Below, one piece after another: positions 55,080-64,000 of a DNA stretch of 64,000 bases. The notes under the pieces were generated by a model, which worked only from the letters and a program-made list of their open reading frames with translations, was not told the origin of the DNA and ran no database searches. Source of the stretch: Eledone cirrhosa (lineage: Eukaryota); NCBI GenBank assembly GCA_964016885.1, contig OZ024745.1, positions 89,218,001-89,282,000 on the forward strand, given 5' to 3'. The position numbers and the translations under genes are program-made. Every line of letters starts with the position of its first letter. Position 1 is the first letter of the stretch.

Positions 55080-58000
55080 ATGTAGTTGCTACATAGATTG
55101 TTATAGATGTAGTTGCTACATAGATTGCCATAAATGGAGTTGCTACGTTGATTACCATAGATGTAGTTGCTACATAGATTGCCATAGATGTAGTTGCTTC
55201 ATAGATTGCCATAGATGTAGATGCTACATAGATTGTTATAGATGTAGTTGCTAAATAGATTGCTATAGATGTAGTTGCTACATATATTGTTATAGATGTA
55301 GTTGCTACATAGATTGCCATAGATGTAGTTGCTACATAGATTGTTATAGATGTAGTTGCTACATTGATTGTTATAAATGTAGTTGCTACATAGATTGTTA
55401 TAGATGTAGTTGCTACATAGATTGCCATGGATGTAGTTGCTACATAGATTGTTATATATGTAGTTGCTACATATATTGAAATGGACGTAGTTGCTACATA
55501 GATTGTTATAGATGTAGTTGCTACATAGATTGCCATAGATGTAGTTGCTACATAGATTGTTATATATGTAGTTGCTACATAGATTGCTATAGATGTAGTT
55601 GCTACATATATTGTTATAGATGTAGTTGCTACATAGATTGCTATAGATGTAGTTGCTACATAGATTGCCATAGAAGTAGTTGCTACATAGATCGTCATAG
55701 ACGTAGTTGCTACATAGATTGTTATAGATGTAGTTGCTACATAGATTGCCATTTATGTAGTTGCTACATAGATTGTTATAAATGTAGTTGCTACATAGAT
55801 TGCCATAGATGTATTTGCTATATAGATTGCCATAGATGTAGTTGCTACATTGATTGTTATAGATGTAGTTGCTACATATATTGTTATAGATGTAGTTGCT
55901 ACATAGATTGTTATAGATGTAGTTGCTACACAGATCGACATAGATGTAGTTGCTACATAGATTGCTATAGATGTAGTAGCTACATAGATTGCTATAGATG
56001 TAGTTGCTACATATATTGCTATAGATGTAGTTGCTACATAGATTGTTATAGATGTAGTTGCTACATAGAATGCTATAGATGTATTTGATACATAGATTGT
56101 TAGAGATGTAGTTGCTACATAGATTGTTATAGATGTAGTTGCTACATAGATTGCTCTAGATGTATTTGCTACATAGATTGTTATAGATGTAGTTTCTACA
56201 TAGATTGTTATAGATGTAGTTGCTACATAGATTGCTATAGATGTATTTGCTACATAGATTGCCATAGATGTAGTTGCTACATAGATTGCCATAGATGTAG
56301 TTGCTACATTGATTGTTATAGATGTAGTTGCTACATATATTGTTATAGATGTAGTTGCTACATAGATTGTTATAGATGTAGTTGCTACATAGATTGCTAT
56401 AGATGTAGTTGCTGCATAGATTGCTTTGAATGTAGTTGCTACATAGATTGCTATATAAGTAGTTGCTACATAGATTCTTATAGATTTAGTTGCTACATAG
56501 ATTGTTATAGATGTAGTTGCTACATAGATTGCTATAGATGTATTTGCCACATAGATTGTTATAGATGCAGTTGCGACATAGATTGTTATAGATGTAGTTG
56601 CTATATAGATTGCTATAGATCTATTTGCTACATAGATTGTTATAGATGTAGTTGGTACAGAGATTGTTATAGATGTAGTTGCTACATAGATTGTTATAGA
56701 TGTAGTTGCTACATAGATTGTGATAGATGTAGTTGCTAGATAGATTGCTATATAAGTAGTTGCTACATATATTGTTATAGATGTAGTTGCTACATAGATT
56801 GCCATAGATGGAGTTGCTACATAGATTGCCATAGATGTAGTTGCTACATAGATTGCCATAGATGTAGTTGCTACATAGATTGCCATAGATGTAGTTGCTA
56901 CATAGATTGTTTTATATGTAGTTGCTACATAGATTGCTATAGATGTAGTTGCTACATAGATTATTATAGATGTAGTTGCTACATAGATTGCTATAGATGT
57001 AGTTGCTACATAGATTGCTATAGATGTAGTTGCTACATAGATCGTCATAGACGTAGTTGCTACATAGATTTTTATAGATGTAGTTGCTACATAGATTTTT
57101 ATAGATGTAGTTTTCACATAGATTGCCATAGATGGAGTTGCTACATAGATTGCCATATATGTAGTTGCTACATAGATTGCCATAGATGTAGTTGCTACAT
57201 AGATTGCCATAGATGTAGTTGCTACATAGATTGCCATTTATGTAGTTGCTACATAGACTGTTATAAATGTAGTTGCTACATAGATTGCCATAGATGTATT
57301 TGCTACATAGATTGCCATAGATGTAGTTGCTACATAGATTGCCATAGATGTAGTTGCTACATAGATTGCCATAGATGTAGATGCTACATAGATTGTTATA
57401 GATGTAGTTGCTAAATAGATTGCTATAGATGTAGTTGCTACATATATTGTTATAGATGTAGTTGCTACATAGATTGCCATAGATGTAGTTGCTACATAGA
57501 TTGTTATAGATGTAGTTGCTACATTGATTGTTATAGATGTAGTTGCTACATAGATTGTTATAGATGTAGTTGCTACATAGATTGTTATAGATGTAGTTGC
57601 TACATAGATTGCCATGGATGTAGTTGCTACATAGATTGTTATATATGTAGTTGCTACATATATTGAAATGGACGTAGTTGCTACATAGATTGTTATAGAT
57701 GTAGTTGCTACATAGATTGCCATAGATGTAGTTGCTACATAGATTGTTATATATGTAGTTGCTACATAGATTGCTATATATGTAGTTGCTACATAGATTG
57801 TTATAGATGTTGTTGCTACATAGATTGCTATAGATGTAGTTGCTACATAGATTGCCATAGAAGTAGTTGCTACATAGATCGTCATAGACGTAGTTGCTAC
57901 ATAGATTGTTATATATGTAGTTGCTACATAGATTGCCATTTATGTAGTTGCTACATAGATTGTAATAAATGTAGTTGCTACATAGATTGCCATAGATGTA

Positions 58001-61000
58001 TTTGCTATATAGATTGCCATAGATGTAGTTGCTACATTGATTGTTATAGATGTAGTTGCTACATATATTGTTATAGATGTAGTTGCTACATAGATTGTTA
58101 TAGATGTAGTTGCTACACAGATCGACATAGATGTAGTTGCTACATAGATTGCCATAGATGTAGTTGCTACATAGATTGTTATTGATGTAGTTGCTACATA
58201 GATTGCCATAAATGGAGTTGCTACGTAGATTACCATAGATGTAGTTGCTACATAGATTGCCATAGATGTAGTTGCTACATAGATTGCCATAGATGTAGAT
58301 GCTACATAGATTGTTATAGATGTAGTTGCTAAATAGATTGCTATAGATGTAGTTGCTACATATATTGTTATAGATGTAGTTGCTACATAGATTGCCATAG
58401 ATGTAGTTGCTACATAGATTGTTATAGATGTAGTTGCTACATTGATTGTTATAAATGTAGTTGCTACATAGATTGTTATAGATGTAGTTGCTACATAGAT
58501 TGCCATGGATATAGTTGCTACATAGATTGTTATATATGTAGTTGCTACATATATTGAAATGGACGTAGTTGCTACATAGATTGTTATAGATGTAGTTGCT
58601 ACATAGATTGCCATAGATGTAGTTGCTACATAGATTGTTATATATGTAGTTGCTACATAGATTGCTATAGATGTAGTTGCTACATATATTGTTATAGATG
58701 TAGTTGCTACATAGATTGCTATAGATGTAGTTGCTACATAGATTGCCATAGAAGTAGTTGCTACATAGATCGTCATAGACGTAGTTGCTACATAGATTGT
58801 TATAGGTGTAGTTGCTACATAGATTGCCATTTATGTAGTTGCTACATAGATTGTTATAAATGTAGTTGCTACATAGATTGCCATAGATGTATTTGCTATA
58901 TAGATTGCCATAGATGTAGTTGCTACATTGATTGTTATAGATGTAGTTGCTACATATATTGTTATAGATGTAGTTGCTACATAGATTGTTATAGATGTAG
59001 TTGCTACACAGATCGACATAGATGTAGTTGCTACATAGATTGCTATAGATGTAGTAGCTACATAGATTGCTATAGATGTAGTTGCTACATATATTGCTAT
59101 AGATGTAGTTGCTACATAGATTGTTATAGATGTAGTTGCTACATAGAATGCTATAGATGTATTTGCTACATAGATTGTTAGAGATGTAGTTGCTACATAG
59201 ATTGTTATAGATGTAGTTGCTACATAGATTGCTCTAGATGTATTTGCTACATAGATTGTTATAGATGTAGTTTCTACATAGATTGTTATAGATGTAGTTG
59301 CTACATAGATTGCTATAGATGTATTTGCTACATAGATTGCCATAGATGTAGTTGCTACATAGATTGCCATAGATGTAGTTGCTACATTGATTGTTATAGA
59401 TGTAGTTGCTACATATATTGTTATAGATGTAGTTGCTACATAGATTGTTATAGATGTAGTTGCTACATAGATTGCTATAGATGTAGTTGCTGCATAGATT
59501 GCTTTGAATGTAGTTGCTACATAGATTGCTATATAAGTAGTTGCTACATAGATTCTTATAGATTTAGTTGCTACATAGATTGTTATAGATGTAGTTGCTA
59601 CATAGATTGCTATAGATGTATTTGCCACATAGATTGTTATAGATGCAGTTGCGACATAGATTGTTATAGATGTAGTTGCTATATAGATTGCTATAGATCT
59701 ATTTGCTACATAGATTGTTATAGATCTAGTTGGTACAGAGATTGTTATAGATGTAGTTGCTACATAGATTGTTATAGATGTAGTTGCTACATAGATTGTG
59801 ATAGATGTAGTTGCTAGATAGATTGCTATATAAGTAGTTGCTACATATATTGTTATAGATGTAGTTGCTACATAGATTGCCATAGATGGAGTTGCTACAT
59901 AGATTGCCATAGATGTAGTTGCTACATAGATTGCCATAGATGTAGTTGCTACATAGATTGCCATAGATGTAGTTGCTACATAGATTGTTTTATATGTAGT
60001 TGCTACATAGATTGCTATAGATGTAGTTGCTACATAGATTATTATAGATGTAGTTGCTACATAGATTGCTATAGATGTAGTTGCTACATAGATTGCTATA
60101 GATGTTGTTGCTACATAGATCGTCATAGACGTAGTTGCTACATAGATTTTTATAGATGTAGTTGCTACATAGATTTTTATAGATGTAGTTTTCACATAGA
60201 TTGCCATAGATGGAGTTGCTACATAGATTGCCATATATGTAGTTGCTACATAGATTGCCATAGATGTAGTTGCTACATAGATTGCCATAGATGTAGTTGC
60301 TACATAGATTGCCATTTATGTAGTTGCTACATAGACTGTTATAAATGTAGTTGCTACATAGATTGCCATAGATGTATTTGCTACATAGATTGCCATAGAT
60401 GTAGTTGCTACAAAGATTGCCATAGATGTAGTTGCTACATAGATTGCCATAGATGTAGATGCTACATAGATTGTTATAGATGTAGTTGCTAAATAGATTG
60501 CTATAGATGTAGTTGCTACATATATTGTTATAGATGTAGTTGCTACATAGATTGCCATAGATGTAGTTGCTACATAGATTGTTATAGATGTAGTTGCTAC
60601 ATTGATTGTTATAGATGTAGTTGCTACATAGATTGTTATAGATGTAGTTGCTACATAGATTGTTATAGATGTAGTTGCTACATAGATTGCCATGTATGTA
60701 GTTGCTACATAGATTGTTATATATGTAGTTGCTACATATATTGAAATGGACGTAGTTGCTACATAGATTGTTATAGATGTAGTTGCTACATAGATTGCCA
60801 TAGATGTAGTTGCTACATAGATTGTTATATATGTAGTTGCTACATAGATTGCTATATATGTAGTTGCTACATAGATTGTTATAGATGTTGTTGCTACATA
60901 GATTGCTATAGATGTAGTTGCTACATAGATTGCCATAGAAGTATTTGCTACATAGATCGTCATAGACGTAGTTGCTACATAGATTGTTATATATGTAGTT

Positions 61001-61390
61001 GCTACATAGATTGCCATTTATGTAGTTGCTACATAGATTGTAATAAATGTAGTTGCTACATAGATTGCCATAGATGTATTTGCTATATAGATTGCCATAG
61101 ATGTAGTTGCTACATTGATTGTTATAGATGTAGTTGCTACATATATTGTTATAGATGTAGTTGCTACATAGATTGTTATAGATGTAGTTGCTACACAGAT
61201 CGACATAGATGTAGTTGCTACATAGATTGCCATAGATGTAGTTGCTACATAGATTGTTATTGATGTAGTTGCTACATAGATTGCCATAAATGGAGTTGCT
61301 ACGTAGATTACCATAGATGTAGTTGCTACATAGATTGCCATAGATGTAGTTGCTACATAGATTGCCATAGATGTAGATGCTACATAGATT
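55080..61390. repeat. Tandem duplication of a 3,078-bp unit (114 monomers), about 2 copies, followed by a rearranged partial third copy to about 62.1 kb
   Basis: ORFs 55753/58831 and 57238/60316, and ORF ends 57940/61018, are offset by 3078. The marker taaatggag occurs at 55131/58209/61287. The markers gaatgctatag and gctttgaatg recur a third time at ~61468 and ~61823. Confidence 0.92.
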
Positions 61391-64000
61391 GCTATAGATG
61401 TAGTTGCTACATATATTGCTATAGATGTAGTTGCTACATAGATTGTTATAGATGTAGTTGCTACATAGAATGCTATAGATGTATTTGCTACATAGATTGT
61501 TAGAGATGTAGTTGCTACATAGATTGATATAGATGTAGTTGCTACATAGATTGCTCTAGATGTATTTGCTACATAGATTGTTATAGATGTAGTTTCTACA
61601 TAGATTGTTATAGATGTAGTTGCTACATAGATTGCTATAGATGTATTTGCTACATAGATTGCCATAGATGTAGTTGCTACATAGATTGCCATAGATGTAG
61701 TTGCTACATTGATTGTTATAGATGTAGTTGCTACATATATTGTTATAGATGTAGTTGCTACATAGATTGTTATAGATGTAGTTGCTACATAGATTGCTAT
61801 AGATGTAGTTGCTGCATAGATTGCTTTGAATGTAGTTGCTACATAGATTTCTATATAAGTAGTTGCTACATAGATTCTTATAGATTTAGTTGCTACATAG
61901 ATTGTTATAGATGTAGTTGCTACATAGATTGCTATAGATGTATTTGCCACATAGATTGTTATAGATGCAGTTGCGACATAGATTGTTATAGATGTAGTTG
62001 CTATATAGATTGCTATAGATGTATTTGCTACATAGATTGTTAGAGATGTAGTTGCTACATAGATTGTTATAGATGTAGTTGCTACATAGATTGCTCTAGA
62101 TGTATTTGCTACATAGATTGTTATATATGTAGTTGCTACATAAATTGCCATTTATGTGGTTGCTACATAGATTGTAATAAATGTAGTTGCGACATAGATT
62201 GCCATAGATGTATTTGCTATATAGATTGCCATAGATGTAGTTGCTACATTGATTGTTATAGATGTAGTTGCTACATATATTGTTATAGATGTAGTTGCTA
62301 CATAGATTGTTATAGATGTAGTTGCTACACAGATCGACATAGATGTAGTTGCTACATAGATTGCCATAGATGTAGTTGCTACATTGATTTGTATAGATGT
62401 AGTTGCTACATAGATTGCTGTAGATGTATTTGCTACATAGATTGCCATAGATGGAGTTGCTACATAGATTGCCATAGATGTAGTTGCTACATAGATTGCC
62501 ATAGATATAGTTGCTACAGAGATTGCCATAGATGTAGTTGCTACATAGATTGTTATAGATGTAGTTGCTATGTAGATTGACATAGCTGGAGTTGCTACAT
62601 AGATTAACATAGATGTAGTTGCTACATAGATTGTTATAGGTGTAGTTGCTACATAGATTGCTATAGATGTATTTGCTACATAGATTGCCATAGATGGAGT
62701 TGCTACATAGATTACCATAGATGTAGTTGCTACATAGATTGCCATATATATAGTTGCTACATAGATTGCCATAGATGTAGTTGCTACATAGATTGTTATA
62801 GATGTAGTTGCTACATAGATTGTTATAGATGTAGTTGCTACATAGATTGTTATAGACGTAGTTGCTACATAGATTGCCATAGATGTAGTTGCTACATAGA
62901 TTGCCATAGATGTAATTGCTACATAGATTGCCATAGATGTAGTTGATACATAGATTGTTCTAGATGTAGTTGCTACATAGATTGTTATAGATGTAGTTGC
63001 TACATAGATTGCCATAGATGGAGTTTCTACATAGATTGCCATAGATGTAGTTGGTACATAGATTGCCATAGCTGTAGTTGCTACATATATTGCCATAGAT
63101 GTAGTTGCTACATAGATTGTTATAGATGTAGTTGCTACATAGATTGCCATAAATGGAGTTGCTACGTAGATTACCATAGATGTAGTTGCTACATAGATTG
63201 CCATAGATGTAGTTGCTACATAGATTGCCATAGATGTAGATGCTACATAGATTGTTATAGATGTAGTTGCTACATAGATTGCTATAGATGTAGTTGCTAC
63301 ATATATTGTTATAGAAGTAGTTGCTACATAGATTGCCATAGATGTAGTTGCTACATAGATTGTTATAGATGTAGTTGCTACATTGATTGTTATAGATGTA
63401 GTTGCTACATAGATTGTTATAGATGTAGTTGCTACATAGATTGTTATAGATGTAGTTGCTACATAGATTGCCATGGATGTAGTTGCTACATAGATTGTTA
63501 TATATGTAGTTGCTACATATATTGAAATGGACGTAGTTGCTACATAGATTGTTATAGATGTAGTTGCTACATAGATTGCCATAGATGTAGTTGCTACATA
63601 GATTGTTATATATGTAGTTGTTACATAGATTGCTATAGATGTAGTTGCTACATATATTGTTATAGATGTAGTTGCTACATAGATTGCTATAGATGTAGTT
63701 GCTACATAGATTGCCATAGAAGTAGTTGCTACATAGATCGTCATAGACGTAGTTGCTACATAGATTGTTAGAGATGTAGTTGCTACATAGATTGTTATAG
63801 ATGTAGTTGCTACATAGATTGCTCTAGATGTATTTGCTACATAGATTGTTATAGATGTAGTTTCTACATAGATTGTTATAGATGTAGTTGCTACATAGAT
63901 TGCTATAGATGTATTTGCTACATAGATTGCCATAGATGTAGTTGCTACATAGATTGCCATAGATGTAGTTGCTACATTGATTGTTACAGATGTAGTTGCT

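Larger units (their letters stand above)
1..64000. repeat. 27-bp tandem repeat (satellite) array, about 2,370 monomers, consensus ATAGATGTAGTTGCTACATAGATTGYY, running off both window ends
   Basis: The same 27-mer recurs head-to-tail on every line. All long ORF-track translations have 9-aa periodicity, and ORF boundary offsets are multiples of 27 or differ from one by 1-2 bp. No non-repeat insert or inversion was seen. Confidence 0.99.

Noticed and set aside
5155-62580. Plus-strand Cys-rich ORFs (CSCYIDCHR; metallothionein-like or keratin-associated-like, with apparent CxxxxCH motifs)
   Set aside because: This is the third stop-free frame of the repeat. Most listed starts are alternative codons created by variants such as TTG in gatttgtata, and there is no canonical CxxCH spacing.
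136-63960. Minus-strand ORFs of 64-728 aa with MAIYVATTS repeats as real genes (mucin, adhesin or ice-binding-like)
   Set aside because: The open frame follows automatically from a stop-free 27-bp unit. There are no unique domains or expression signals, and stops and frameshifts are duplicated along with everything else. Not annotated as CDS.
1-64000. CRISPR array (27-bp palindromic repeat; CTAC/GTAG stem reminiscent of Cas12a repeats)
   Set aside because: The repeats abut directly with no unique spacers (only 2 variable nt), and there is no leader and no cas gene.
1-64000. Telomerase-type long telomeric repeat, as in budding yeasts
   Set aside because: There is no G-run. The array size and kb-scale higher-order duplication of variants indicate recombinational turnover rather than templated addition. 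A subtelomeric location is not excluded.
1-64000. Whole window as a sequencing or synthetic artefact (concatemer or polymerase slippage)
   Set aside because: Variants are inherited in ordered, nested blocks with different divergence levels and very few indels, which random error does not produce. The exact copy number of the near-identical blocks still needs read support.
1-64000. Replication-origin iterons or recombination-site arrays (attC-like or cassette system)
   Set aside because: There is no rep, integrase or recombinase gene and no cargo between repeats, and the copy number is orders of magnitude above such systems.

Overview
The whole 64 kb window is one uninterrupted, single-orientation tandem array of a 27-bp monomer, consensus ATAGATGTAGTTGCTACATAGATTG[CC/TT/CT], with about 2,370 copies and roughly 30-37% GC per monomer. 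I found no unique sequence, recognisable gene, RNA gene, transposon or CRISPR spacer. It reads as satellite DNA, probably eukaryotic heterochromatin, but the host cannot be determined from this window. The ORFs are best explained as artefacts: 27 is a multiple of 3 and three of six frames of the consensus have no stop (MAIYVATTS, GNLCSNYIY, IDCHRCSCY). The real structure lies in the order of variant monomers. There is a near-perfect 6 x 2,403-bp (89-monomer) higher-order repeat (HOR) at about 38.3-52.9 kb. Several older segmental duplications have periods of 784, 4075, 1782, 2808, 540, 3212 and 3078 bp. About 50 copies of a 'punctuation' monomer cut the array into mosaic modules, and each monomer carries a hairpin-forming dyad. 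I cannot support a novel protein-coding or defence system here. All counts and coordinates were read by eye or derived from ORF-track offsets and need computational confirmation.
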